NCBI GenBank assembly: GCA_947475545.1
Contig: CANJLL010000001.1
Coordinates: 755,734-819,733 of the forward strand
DNA: 64,000 nt
Reading direction: 5' to 3'
Source of the DNA: Chloroflexota bacterium
GTDB lineage: Bacteria; Chloroflexota; Limnocylindria; Limnocylindrales; CSP1-4
Shown: positions 19,727-29,179 of the stretch, one piece after another
Layout of the letters: every line of letters starts with the position of its first letter
Position numbering within the stretch: the stretch's first letter is position 1
Program-made: the position numbers and the translations under genes
The notes under the pieces: model-generated
Seen by the model: the letters and a program-made list of their open reading frames with translations, nothing else
Told to the model about the DNA's origin: nothing
Database searches by the model: none

Positions 19727-19954
19727 GTGGATGTCATCGAGTTCAAGCGACTCACGGCCCAGGTGGTCGCGACGCGAAATGCGGAGTCGCGCGGGTTCCT
19801 GGCCGCGTTCGACGTGAACCCCGGCACGCTCGGCGGCTGGTCGAACGACGCCGCAGCCAGGTGGCGCACTTGGGCCGCCGCAAACGGGGCGTTGCGGGCC
19901 GCCGTCGCGCAGCTGGAGGCGTTTCTCCGGGCACCGGATCCCGTCGCTCGCTAG
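19727..19954 (+). CDS. Possible small hypothetical protein (75 aa)
   Basis: GTG start with GGAGG ~10 nt upstream. The composition is less biased than the shadow ORFs. No family recognised. Confidence 0.3.
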   Translation: MDVIEFKRLTAQVVATRNAESRGFLAAFDVNPGTLGGWSNDAAARWRTWAAANGALRAAVAQLEAFLRAPDPVAR

Positions 19955-20024
19955 GCCAATCCACCGCTCCAGGCCAATCCGACGATCGTCGCCAGGCTGG
20001 TCCCGACTCGCCGGCCTCGAACGT

Positions 20025-21368
20025 CTACGGCGTCCGCGTGATCGCTGCCAGCTCCGCGTGCAGTGCGTCCGTCACGTGGTCCAGCCCTCGGTCTACCCAC
20101 CACGCCGGGACCTCGTTGACCACCAGCCTGGCCCCGCCGAGGGCCGCCAGCGCACCGGCAATCTGGCCAACATTCGCGCTGAACACGCCGACCCCTAGCC
20201 CACTGGCCACCTCGCCCACGGCCCGGATGGCCACTGCGAGGTCGTCGTACGGCCAGAGGCAGACCGTGGGCCCAACCGCATCAACGCGGCAGATCGCCAT
20301 GTCGATGCGTGCGTCGACCAGCATCGTGGTCCCCAGGACGTTCTTCTCGCGGCCAGCCGGGAAGAGCGTCGTCGCTCCGGCGGCCACTGCCTCGCGGACC
20401 AGCGCCTCCGCACGATCTGCCGACTCGCGGTCGATCATCGGCCCCAGGTGCGTCTCCTCCTGACCGGGATCGCCCAGCTCCAGGGCCTCCAGCCGGTCCA
20501 TGAGCAGATCGGTGAAGCGGTCCCAGGCCCCGCGCGCCACGTGGACGCGCCGGACGGCGAGACCCGACTGGCCTTCGAACTCGAAGGCGCCCACCACGAC
20601 GCGGTCAGCGGCGAGGTCCAGGTCAGCGTCGTCGTGGACGATGACATCGACCGTCCCGCCGGGCTCCAGGGTGACACGGGCGTTCGGAGCCGCCGGCCCA
20701 ATTCGGTGCCCGACCGCCGCCGAACCGGTGAAGGTGATCGCCCGGACTCGCTCGTCCGACAGGGCGGCCAGGACATCCTCGTCGGTCGCGGTGACGACGG
20801 AGACCGCCTCGGCCGGCCAGCCGGCGTCGCGGATCAGCCAGGCCAGCTGGAGGGCGGGGGTGGGTGCGTCACCGGGGGGCTGCAGGACGATGGCACTCCC
20901 CGCGGCGATGGCGGCGGCCAACTTGACGGCAGCCGTCGCCAGCGGGGCGCCCAGTGCGGCGATAGCCACGACGGGGCCGAGTGGGGTCCGATCGGCGATC
21001 GGCGCCAGAGCCTCCGCCGCCGCGGCGGCGAAGGCGGCCGACGACCAGTCGACTTCGGCCCGCGCCGCGCGAATCGTCTTGCCAGCCTGCAGCGTGATGG
21101 TCCGGGCCATCGTCTCGTGCTCCTGGGCGATTCGGCGGCTCACGGTCTGGAGGACCCGCACCCGATCCTCACCGGATGTCCGTCGCGTCGCGTCGAAGGA
21201 CGACGCGGCTGCGGCGAGCGCATCGCGGATGTCCTGGGGGCCGGCCCCGGCGACCTCGGCGACCACCTTCCCGCTATATGGGCTGCGGATCGTCAGGACG
21301 TCGTCGGTCAGGCGCCAGGACCCGGCGACGGGGATGCCCGCCACGGATCGGTCGTCGGTCTCGGCCAT
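20025..21368 (-). CDS. Aldehyde dehydrogenase-superfamily protein with atypical active-site motifs
   Basis: ALDH-like layout (FTGSAAVGH, TLEPGG, GDP...GPMI). The conserved GQxC cysteine region reads FEFEGQSGLA, and the PWNFP-like motif is degenerate. Start MAETDD shares 1 nt with the IclR stop. Confidence 0.75.
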   Translation of the reverse strand: MAETDDRSVAGIPVAGSWRLTDDVLTIRSPYSGKVVAEVAGAGPQDIRDALAAAASSFDATRRTSGEDRVRVLQTVSRRIAQEHETMARTITLQAGKTIRAARAEVDWSSAAFAAAAAEALAPIADRTPLGPVVAIAALGAPLATAAVKLAAAIAAGSAIVLQPPGDAPTPALQLAWLIRDAGWPAEAVSVVTATDEDVLAALSDERVRAITFTGSAAVGHRIGPAAPNARVTLEPGGTVDVIVHDDADLDLAADRVVVGAFEFEGQSGLAVRRVHVARGAWDRFTDLLMDRLEALELGDPGQEETHLGPMIDRESADRAEALVREAVAAGATTLFPAGREKNVLGTTMLVDARIDMAICRVDAVGPTVCLWPYDDLAVAIRAVGEVASGLGVGVFSANVGQIAGALAALGGARLVVNEVPAWWVDRGLDHVTDALHAELAAITRTP

Positions 21369-22159
21369 CAGTGGGCCGCCACAAGGCCAAGCGCGCGGGC
21401 CACCTCTGCGGCGGCCGCCATGGTCAGCGCCACGAAGCGCCGCTGCGCTTCGGCGGAATGCCGCGAGAGCGGACTCGCGATCCCCAGGGCCGCGATCGCG
21501 CGCGATTCGGGGTCCAGGATGGGCGCGGCAACGCCCCACGCGCCGCTGTCGGTCTCCTCGGCGCTGAACGCGAAGCCCGCCTCGCGGATCCGGGCAAGCT
21601 CGGCCTGGAGGCGGGGCAGGTCCGTGAAGGTGTTGCGCGCCAGCGACGGGAGCCCGGAGCGGCTGGCCAACGCCTCGACCTCGTCCGAGCGGAACCAGGC
21701 CAGGAGCACCTTGGACGATGCCCCAGCGTGGAGCGGCGTCTGCTCCCCCACTTCCAGGTGGAGGCGGAGGTCATGGCGGCTCTCGATCCGCTCGATGCAC
21801 ACCGCGCGGTCACGCGCGTCGTTGACCACCGTGAGGACCACGGTCTCGCCGGTCTCCTCCGCGAGCCGCCGCATGATGGGGTCGGCGACCTGGCGGATGG
21901 GCAGGCTGGAGGCCGCGCGCCGACCAAGATCGATGGCGCCGTAGCCCAGTCGATACTTCTTGGAGCCGGGGTCCTGGGCGAGCAGGCCATGGCGGCGCAG
22001 TACGGTCACGATCCGGTGGAGCGTGGAGACGGGCAGCCCGGCGACTTCGGACAGCTCCTGGAGCCCCCACTCGGGACGGCCGGTCGTGAACAGGTCGAGG
22101 ACCTTGAGCGTCTTCTCCAGGGCTTTCAGGATTCGTGTCCTCCTATTGGCCCGGGCCAA
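21368..22159 (-). CDS. IclR-family transcriptional regulator
   Basis: N-terminal wHTH (LKALEKTLKVLDLF ... LSEVAGLPVSTLHRIV) and a C-terminal IclR effector domain. The start is uncertain. AGGAGG (22139-22144 on the reverse strand) is followed by ATC or CTG rather than a canonical start. An in-frame TTG lies inside the palindrome TTGGCCCGGGCCAA (22146-22159). Confidence 0.75.
   Translation of the reverse strand: MARANRRTRILKALEKTLKVLDLFTTGRPEWGLQELSEVAGLPVSTLHRIVTVLRRHGLLAQDPGSKKYRLGYGAIDLGRRAASSLPIRQVADPIMRRLAEETGETVVLTVVNDARDRAVCIERIESRHDLRLHLEVGEQTPLHAGASSKVLLAWFRSDEVEALASRSGLPSLARNTFTDLPRLQAELARIREAGFAFSAEETDSGAWGVAAPILDPESRAIAALGIASPLSRHSAEAQRRFVALTMAAAAEVARALGLVAAH
22146..22159. promoter_or_regulatory. 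Perfect 14-bp palindrome TTGGCCCGGGCCAA directly upstream of the IclR RBS (candidate operator)
   Basis: Read from the sequence. Its position is consistent with autoregulation. Confidence 0.35.
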
Positions 22160-22457
22160 CAAGTGGGCGAGCGCCGGTCGGGATGATGGCGGGGCGGGCG
22201 GATTTGGAAATCGGCCTCCACGTGTTGGAGTCGGCGCCCAGCGCAGCATACGCCGACGCGCGGCCCCATCAGGCAGACGGGCGGACCATGTGGCGGTTCC
22301 GCGGCAGGACGGGGTGATCGGGCGCCGGCCGGCGACGGTACGACACCGCCCGGCGGCCCGGCGGTGGGGCCAGGGCGCGACGTCCCGTGGCCTGCCAACC
22401 CCCCCCGCAGTCGAGGACCGGCGGCGACCTCCGCGGCCAGCCGCCCGGACCCCAGGC

Positions 22458-23108
22458 TCAGTCCTCGGGGACCAGCCCGGCCTCCGCGGCGACCTCCGCG
22501 GCGGCCTTGTGCTCCAGGACCTTGTCCGCCAGCGACGCCGCCCCGCCCTGCCAGCGCTTGAAGAGGTCGGCGGGCAGCTCCAGGCGCAGCTGGTCGCAGA
22601 TGCGCTGCACCGTCTGGTCGATGATGTCTTCCACCGACTTGGGCCGGTGGTAGAAGGCCGGCATCGGCGGGACGATGATCGCGCCCATCTCCGCCACCTG
22701 GAGCATGGCCCGGAGGTGGCCGATGTGGAGGGGCGTCTCGCGCGGCGCCAGGATCAGCGTCCGGTGCTCCTTGAGGGTCACGTCCGCGGCCCTGGTCAGC
22801 AGGTTGTCGCTGATCGAGTAGGCAATGCCCGTCAGCGTGCGCATGGAGCACGGCAGGACGACCATCGCGTCGACCTTGAACGAGCCCGACGACGGCTTCG
22901 CGGCGATGTCGCCGTAGCGATGCGTCTCGGTGGCCAGGGCCTCCACCTGGGCGGACGTCCAATCCGTCTCCAGCTGGATGGTGGCCCGCCCGGCAGGCGT
23001 GATGACCAGGTGGGTCTCGACCTCGGGAAGGTCGTGCAGGACCTGGAGGAGCCGGATCCCATAGATGGCGCCCGTGGCGCCCGAGATCCCGACGACGATA
23101 CGGCGCAT
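22458..23108 (-). CDS. ubiX: UbiX/Pad1-family flavin prenyltransferase (prFMN synthase)
   Basis: MRRIVVGISGATGAIYGIRLL ... and the full UbiX fold, ~216 aa. GGGAGA RBS upstream. Confidence 0.9.
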   Translation of the reverse strand: MRRIVVGISGATGAIYGIRLLQVLHDLPEVETHLVITPAGRATIQLETDWTSAQVEALATETHRYGDIAAKPSSGSFKVDAMVVLPCSMRTLTGIAYSISDNLLTRAADVTLKEHRTLILAPRETPLHIGHLRAMLQVAEMGAIIVPPMPAFYHRPKSVEDIIDQTVQRICDQLRLELPADLFKRWQGGAASLADKVLEHKAAAEVAAEAGLVPED

Positions 23109-23199
23109 GGTGTCTCCCACTAGCCTGCCGGGCCGGGACGGGGCTCGCCCTGACCACTGGCTCCTCGGCGGCGGACCGAACCGGAGACCCGTCCCTGGG

Positions 23200-23655
23200 T
23201 CAAACCCGGGGCAGGGTGGCCTTGCCGCGGAGGCATTCGAAGAACTGGTTCAGCATCATTGTCGCAACCCCGCCGAGGAGCCGCTGGGCGACCCCGGCGA
23301 TCAAGCCACCAACCTGCCCGTCGCCCACCACGACAACGTCGCATTCGTCGGGCGCGTCGGCCGCCGGCGTGATGGTAACCGCTGCCTCGCCCTTGATGAA
23401 GCCGGGGCCGCCCTTGCCGTGGACGAGCATCCGGAACGCCTCCGGCTCCCGCCGATCCACCAGCTGGACCTGGCCCTTGTAGACGCCCTTCACCGCGCCC
23501 ACGCCCACCTTGACGGTGGCGACGTACTGGTCAGGACCGATCGCCTCCAGCCGTTCGCAGCCCGGGATGCAGCCCGCCAGGACCTCCGGGTCCAGCAGCA
23601 TCGCGAAGACCGTCTCGCGCGGCGCCGGGAAGCGAAACGTGCCTTCGACTCGCAT
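23200..23655 (-). CDS. CoxG-family SRPBCC protein (carbon monoxide dehydrogenase subunit G-like)
   Basis: MRVEGTFRFPAPRETVFAMLLDPEVLAGCIPGCERLE... is the characteristic CoxG N-terminus. It lies downstream of ubiX on the same strand. Confidence 0.75.
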   Translation of the reverse strand: MRVEGTFRFPAPRETVFAMLLDPEVLAGCIPGCERLEAIGPDQYVATVKVGVGAVKGVYKGQVQLVDRREPEAFRMLVHGKGGPGFIKGEAAVTITPAADAPDECDVVVVGDGQVGGLIAGVAQRLLGGVATMMLNQFFECLRGKATLPRV

Positions 23656-23692
23656 GTCGTGTGCTCCTGCGCTTGGGGGGTCAAGTGTGCCT

Positions 23693-23780
23693 GACCGACG
23701 GGAGTTGGACCGGCCCGTCGGCCAGGGTGCTCTCTGGACGACGGCCAACTCGTTCCCGTATTATGGAACCCAGTTTCCAT
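23693..23780. promoter_or_regulatory. Divergent regulatory region: 10-bp imperfect inverted repeat plus AT-rich island with TATTAT and ATGGAA-N6-TTCCAT
   Basis: GACCGACGGG (23693-23702) pairs with CCCGTCGGCC (23714-23723). The AT-rich stretch 23756-23785 is exceptional for a 70% GC sequence. It sits between the ubiX-coxG operon and the catabolic operon. Confidence 0.4.
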
Positions 23781-23922
23781 TTTCGCCGCCGAAGTGGGCC
23801 GCTGGGCGCTCGCTCGAGCCCGCACTCGATCGCATCCATGATCTCGCGCACCGGCCTGGCCCACCCGCCCTCCATGGCCCACACCCACCGCTCAACCAGC
23901 CAACGAAAGGACGAGCCCGACC

Positions 23923-24816
23923 GTGCTCCGACCGCGACCGGACCTGGAGATCCTCAAGGGCGCCATCGACATGCACGCCCACACCCACCCGGCGCTCTTC
24001 AAGCGCCCGCTGGATGACGCGGACCTGGCCCAGCTGGCCCAGGAGTACGGCATGCGTGGATTCGTGATCAAGGATCACGACTCGTCGTCCACGGGGCGAG
24101 CCTACCACGTGGGCAAGGCCTTCCCGGACATGAGCATCAACGGGGCCATCGTCCTCAACCGGTCCGTTGGCGGGATCAACCCGCACGTGGTCCAGGCGGC
24201 GATCCACCATGGCGCCAAGGTCATCTGGATGCCCACCAACCACAGCAAATGGCATTCCGAGTACTTCAAGATGTCCGACTACCCGCAGCTGGGGCGGCCC
24301 AAAAAGCAGCTGCCTGGGGCCGGCGTGACCATCCTGGGCGAGGACGGGAAGATCACCCAGGAGGCCCTGACCATCCTGGACCTGGTGGCCGAGGCCGACG
24401 TCACCATCGCCAGCGCCCACCTGCACCTGGACGAGACGCGGATCCTCCAGGCCGAGGCCAACAAGCGCGGAATCAAGAAGTTCCTGGTGACCCACGTGAA
24501 CTGGGCGCTGACCAAGTACGACCTGACCATCCAGCAGGAGCTGCTGGACAACGGCGCGTACCTGGAATACGTGGCCATCTCGTGCGTCTCGCCGACGTTC
24601 TACGAGCAGGACCCGGTGGAGCTGGCCGGCTGGATCAACGCGAACAACGGCCGGAAGCTGATCCTCACCTCCGACCTGGGCCAGTACTCCGCCGCCCCCC
24701 ACCCCGAGGGCCTGCGGATGATCATCGCCACGCTGCTGGACTACGGGGTCTCGCGCGACATGCTCACGCTGATGACCCAGGTCCATCCCGCCGAGCTGCT
24801 CAACCTGTCCGTCTAG
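23923..24816 (+). CDS. Amidohydrolase-superfamily-like TIM-barrel protein of unknown function
   Basis: N-terminal DMHAHTHP (HxH metal motif) and a later KDHD. ~297 aa. First gene of the operon. Confidence 0.55.
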   Translation: MLRPRPDLEILKGAIDMHAHTHPALFKRPLDDADLAQLAQEYGMRGFVIKDHDSSSTGRAYHVGKAFPDMSINGAIVLNRSVGGINPHVVQAAIHHGAKVIWMPTNHSKWHSEYFKMSDYPQLGRPKKQLPGAGVTILGEDGKITQEALTILDLVAEADVTIASAHLHLDETRILQAEANKRGIKKFLVTHVNWALTKYDLTIQQELLDNGAYLEYVAISCVSPTFYEQDPVELAGWINANNGRKLILTSDLGQYSAAPHPEGLRMIIATLLDYGVSRDMLTLMTQVHPAELLNLSV

Positions 24817-24844
24817 CGCCCCCGGCCACAGGAGGGAACGACCC

Positions 24845-25687
24845 ATGTCACTCGCCATCCGCGCCTCCGACACGGAGCGCCTCAACCTCGACCGCGGCAG
24901 CCGCCGGCTGGAAGGCAAGGTCGTCCTGATCACGGGCGGCGCCAAGGGGATGGGCGGCACCATCGCCGAGCTCTTCGCCCACGAGGGTGCCTCGCTCGCG
25001 CTGGCCGCCCGAAGTGTTGAGGACCTCGACGCCGAGGCGGCCCGGATCCGCGCCGACCTGCCAGGCCTGGCGTCCATCTCGGTCGGGGTCGACGTCACCA
25101 ACGGCGATTCGTGCCAGGCCATGGCCCAGGCCGTCCTGGACCGCTACGGCCGAATCGACGTCCTGGTCAACACCGCCGGGGTCATCGGCCCCATCGAGAC
25201 GGCCGCCCAGAACGTCAGCGAGGAGGAGTGGGAGCACGTCCTGGGCGTCAACGCCAAGGGCACGTTCCTGTCCATCAAGGCCGCCCTCCCGTCGATGATC
25301 GCGGCCAAGTCCGGCAAGATCGTGAACATCGCCGGCACCTCCGGCCTGCGCGGCTACAAGAACCGCGTCTCCTACTCCGCCTCCAAGTGGGCCGTCCGCG
25401 GCATCACCCGGACAGTCGCCCTGGAGGTTGGCGTCCACAACATCAACTGCAACTGCGTGGCGCCGGGGCCCATCTACGGCGACCGGATGGACAAGATCAT
25501 CCGGGGCAAGGCGGCGACCAAGGGCATCAGCTACGAGCAGGTCTTCAACGATTACCTGTCCGAGCAGGCCATCAAACGCTTCACGTCGGCCGTGGACATC
25601 GCCTACGCTTGCCTCTACCTCGCCAGCGACGAATCGCGGCAGGTGACGGGCCAGTGCCTGACGGTGGACGGCGGCTGGGACGTCTAG
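24845..25687 (+). CDS. SDR-family oxidoreductase
   Basis: GKVVLITGGAKGMG, NTAG, YSASK. Confidence 0.85.
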   Translation: MSLAIRASDTERLNLDRGSRRLEGKVVLITGGAKGMGGTIAELFAHEGASLALAARSVEDLDAEAARIRADLPGLASISVGVDVTNGDSCQAMAQAVLDRYGRIDVLVNTAGVIGPIETAAQNVSEEEWEHVLGVNAKGTFLSIKAALPSMIAAKSGKIVNIAGTSGLRGYKNRVSYSASKWAVRGITRTVALEVGVHNINCNCVAPGPIYGDRMDKIIRGKAATKGISYEQVFNDYLSEQAIKRFTSAVDIAYACLYLASDESRQVTGQCLTVDGGWDV

Positions 25688-25811
25688 CGCAACGGAGCCA
25701 ACCTCGAGGTTCGGCGGGCGGACCGGCGGCAAGGCCGGCCCCCACCGCCTGGCCGGCGACCGATCCGCGGGTCGTCGGTGATCATCCGGTGAGGCGGTCG
25801 GGAGGTTCACG

Positions 25812-28268
25812 TTGAAGCAGGTCGGACGCCGCGTCACCGGGCTGACCAACACCCAGCTGGCCGCCGGCAAGGGCACGTTCGTCAACGACGTCGTCCTCCC
25901 GGACATGGCCTTCCTCGCCTTCCTGCGCAGCCCGTACGCCCACGCCCGGATCCGGTCCGTTGACATCTCCGCGGCCATGGCGCGCCCCGGCGTCATCAAG
26001 GTCCTCACGGGTGAGGACGCCTACCGCGACCTGCGCCCCATCCCGGAGGCCTGGAACACCCGTGAGATTGGCGCCAAGGGCGTCCTCTGGTACCCCATCG
26101 TCAAGGACCGCGTCCGCTACGTGGGCGAGGTGGTCGCGGCCGTGGTGGCCGAGGACCGCTGGACCGCCGCCGCGGCCCTGGACGACATCGAGGTGGACTA
26201 CGAGGAGCTGCCGGTCGTCACGGACCCCATCAAGGCGATGGAGCCGGGTGCCGACCTGGTGGAACCGGCCTGGGGCGACAACCTGCTGATCACCCGCGAC
26301 TGGATCGCCGGCGACGTGGACGCCGCCCTGGCCGGCGCGGACCGCGTCGTGACCGGGACCGTCCGCTCCAACCGGATCACCGGTGTCTCCATCGAGGGAC
26401 GTGGCTGCGTCGCCCAGTGGGACGCGTTCGCGCGGAAGCTGACCTTCTGGGAATCCACCCAGAACCCGCACCCGCTGCGCAGCTTCCTGGCCGAGACGCT
26501 CAACATGTCGGAGAACTCGATCCACGTGATCCAGCCGCACGTCGGCGGCGGATTCGGGCTCAAGCAGCCGCCCTTCCAGGAGGAGCCGGTCGTGGCCCAC
26601 GCCGCCATGGTCACCGGTCGGCCGGTGAAGTGGATCGAGGAGCGCGCCGAGAACTTCATGGCCACGGGCCACTCGCGCGATACCCGCTTCGAGTACACCG
26701 TGGGCTTCAACGCCGATGGCCGGGTCCACGGGCTGCGGATCAAGGTCATCGCCGATGTGGGGGCGCCCACGGCGCTCCTGGGCTGGGGCCAGTCGTTTGT
26801 CACCGGCTACAGCCTGCCGGGCGGCTACGACATCCCCGACACCAACGTCCAGCTGTACGTCGTGGTCACCAACAAGTGCCCGTGGAACGCCTACCGCGGG
26901 TTCGGGAAGGACGCCCAGTCGTTCGTCATGGACCGGATCATGGACCACGTGGCGCGCGAGACCGGCCTCGACCGGACGGCGATCCGCTACGCCAACTTCA
27001 TCCGCCCGGACGACTTCCCCCACTCCCAGCCGTCTGGCGCGATCCTGGACTCCGGCAACTACCAGGGCGCGCTCGACAAGCTGCTCAAGAAGATCGACTA
27101 CGCCGGGTTCCGCGCGCTGCAGGCGCAGGCCGCGGCCGAGGGGCGTCGGATCGGACTGGGCCTGGGCCAGGAGCTGACGCCCGAGGGCTGCGCCATGCCT
27201 GGCGCGCTGATGATCTCCGCCTACGACGGTGCCACGGTGCGGGTCGCACCCTCCGGCGAGGTCACCATCCTGACCGGCGTCACCTCGCCCGGCTGCGGGA
27301 ACGAGACCGCCTTTGCCCAGATCGCGGCGGACGTCCTCGGCTGCAAGCTGGAGACCATCCGGGTGATCCAGGGCGACACGGAGCTGTGCCCGTACGGCCT
27401 GGGCAACTACTCGTCGCGCGGCACCATGTACGGCGGCTCCGCCACCCAGCTCGCGGCGCAGGACCTCCGCAACAAGCTGGCAGAGGTGGCCGCATCCATG
27501 CTGGAGGCCGCCCCGGCGGACCTCGAAGCCGCGGACGGCACCTTCTTCGTGCAGGGCAGCCCGGATCGCTCGGTCGCCTTCAACGCGGTCGTCAACCAAG
27601 TCTACCGACACACCTTCGGCAAGCACGCCGAAGGTGTGGAACCGGGCCTGGAGTCCACCCGCTACTTCCGGATGGGCAACATCTACCACCAGCCAGAGAC
27701 CCAGGGCCGCTTCTCCAACTACCCGGCCTGGCCCTTTGGGAGCAGCGCCGTGGTGGTGGAGGTGGATCCCCAGACCGGGATGGTCAAGGTGCTGGAGTAC
27801 ACGCTGGTCGAGGACGCCGGGACCGTGATCAACCCGCTCCTGGTGGACGCCAACCTGCATGGAGCCATCACCCAGGGCATCGGCTCCGCGATGTACGAGA
27901 ACATCTCGTACGACGAGAACGGCCAGCTCCAGACGGCCACGCTGATGGACTACACCATCCCCACGGCCATCGAGATGCCGATGTTCTCCATCGAGCACCA
28001 GGAGACGCCCTCGCCGTTCACGCCGCTGGGCATGAAGGGCGCCGGCGAATCGGGCCTGGGCTCCACGCTCGGCGCGCTGTGCGGCGCGATCGAGGATGCC
28101 TTCCCCGAGCTTGACCTGCGGATCACTGACCTGCCGCTCACCCCCAACCGGGTCTGGCAGTCGCTCCGGACCGCACCCCGAAAGGATGGGTCCGGCTTCG
28201 GCCCGTCACCGTCCGCCACGGGTGCTGCCCGGCCCGCCGTCGCCGGCGCCGTGGAGGCCATCCGATGA
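25812..28268 (+). CDS. Xanthine dehydrogenase-family molybdopterin-binding large subunit
   Basis: TTG start 6 nt after GGAGG (25801-25805). HVGGGFG, NAYRGFGKDAQ loop, GAGESG. ~818 aa. Confidence 0.9.
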   Translation: MKQVGRRVTGLTNTQLAAGKGTFVNDVVLPDMAFLAFLRSPYAHARIRSVDISAAMARPGVIKVLTGEDAYRDLRPIPEAWNTREIGAKGVLWYPIVKDRVRYVGEVVAAVVAEDRWTAAAALDDIEVDYEELPVVTDPIKAMEPGADLVEPAWGDNLLITRDWIAGDVDAALAGADRVVTGTVRSNRITGVSIEGRGCVAQWDAFARKLTFWESTQNPHPLRSFLAETLNMSENSIHVIQPHVGGGFGLKQPPFQEEPVVAHAAMVTGRPVKWIEERAENFMATGHSRDTRFEYTVGFNADGRVHGLRIKVIADVGAPTALLGWGQSFVTGYSLPGGYDIPDTNVQLYVVVTNKCPWNAYRGFGKDAQSFVMDRIMDHVARETGLDRTAIRYANFIRPDDFPHSQPSGAILDSGNYQGALDKLLKKIDYAGFRALQAQAAAEGRRIGLGLGQELTPEGCAMPGALMISAYDGATVRVAPSGEVTILTGVTSPGCGNETAFAQIAADVLGCKLETIRVIQGDTELCPYGLGNYSSRGTMYGGSATQLAAQDLRNKLAEVAASMLEAAPADLEAADGTFFVQGSPDRSVAFNAVVNQVYRHTFGKHAEGVEPGLESTRYFRMGNIYHQPETQGRFSNYPAWPFGSSAVVVEVDPQTGMVKVLEYTLVEDAGTVINPLLVDANLHGAITQGIGSAMYENISYDENGQLQTATLMDYTIPTAIEMPMFSIEHQETPSPFTPLGMKGAGESGLGSTLGALCGAIEDAFPELDLRITDLPLTPNRVWQSLRTAPRKDGSGFGPSPSATGAARPAVAGAVEAIR

Positions 28269-29137
28269 TCACCGCCGAGCTCCAGTTCCACCGGCCCGGG
28301 TCCGTCGCTGAGGCCCTGGAGCTGCTGGCCCGCCACGGCGACGACGCCAAGATCCTGGGTGGTGGCATGAGCCTGGTCCCCACCATGACCCTGGGCCTCG
28401 CCCGCCCCGAGATCGTCATCTCCCTCAACCACATCACCGAGCTCCGCGTCATCGCGGAGGACGCGGCCGCAGGCACGCTCCGGATCGGCGGGACGGCGCG
28501 CCACAACGACGTGATCGCCTCGCCCCTGGTCGCGCGTCATGCCCCGCTCCTCGCCGATGCGGCGCGCCACATCGGCGACATGCAGGTCCGCAACCGCGGC
28601 ACCATCGGCGGCAGCGTGGCCCACGCGGATCCCGCGGCGGACTACCTCCCGGCCCTGGTCGCGCTGGACGCGTCCGTGGTGGTCCGCAGCACGCGCGGCG
28701 AGCGGGTCATCCCAGCCGCGGAGTTCTTCATCGACGTCATGGCCACGGCCCTGGCGCCCGACGAGTTGATCGCCGAAATCCGTGTCCCGTCGCAGGGCAC
28801 CGCGCGGGGTGCCTATCGGCGCCTCACCCGGGTCGAGGGCTCCTTCGCCATCGTCAACGCCGCGGCCCTGGTCCGTCCGGCCGGCTCGGGCGCCTCGGTG
28901 GTAGCCATTGGCGGGGTCGCCGGGGCGCCAGTCGCGGTGGACGCCAGCACGGCCGTCTCGGCCGGCCTCACGGGCTCCGCCCTGGCGGCCTTCGAGGATG
29001 CGGTTCGCGCCGCCTGCCCCGAGCCCTTCGAGGATCTCAACGGCGACGCGGTCTACCGCCGCGAGATGGCCGTCATCCACGCCCGCCGCGCGCTGCTTGC
29101 GGCTGCGGGCCGCGCAGCCGCCGGCGTGACCGTCTGA
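28265..29137 (+). CDS. FAD-binding subunit of molybdenum hydroxylase (CoxM/XdhB-like)
   Basis: ATGA overlap with the L gene. ILGGGMSLVP and RNRGTIGGSVAHADPA motifs. Confidence 0.85.
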   Translation: MITAELQFHRPGSVAEALELLARHGDDAKILGGGMSLVPTMTLGLARPEIVISLNHITELRVIAEDAAAGTLRIGGTARHNDVIASPLVARHAPLLADAARHIGDMQVRNRGTIGGSVAHADPAADYLPALVALDASVVVRSTRGERVIPAAEFFIDVMATALAPDELIAEIRVPSQGTARGAYRRLTRVEGSFAIVNAAALVRPAGSGASVVAIGGVAGAPVAVDASTAVSAGLTGSALAAFEDAVRAACPEPFEDLNGDAVYRREMAVIHARRALLAAAGRAAAGVTV

Positions 29138-29179
29138 CCCGCTGACCCGCGCGACCCCACGAGCGCAGGAGACCCCCTG

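Noticed and set aside
22139-22144. AGGAGG inside the IclR ORF taken as two consecutive AGG Arg codons if translation starts at the upstream TTG.
   Set aside because: AGG codons are very rare in high-GC genomes, and the hexamer is a perfect Shine-Dalgarno. This is more likely an RBS with a non-canonical start, left unresolved.
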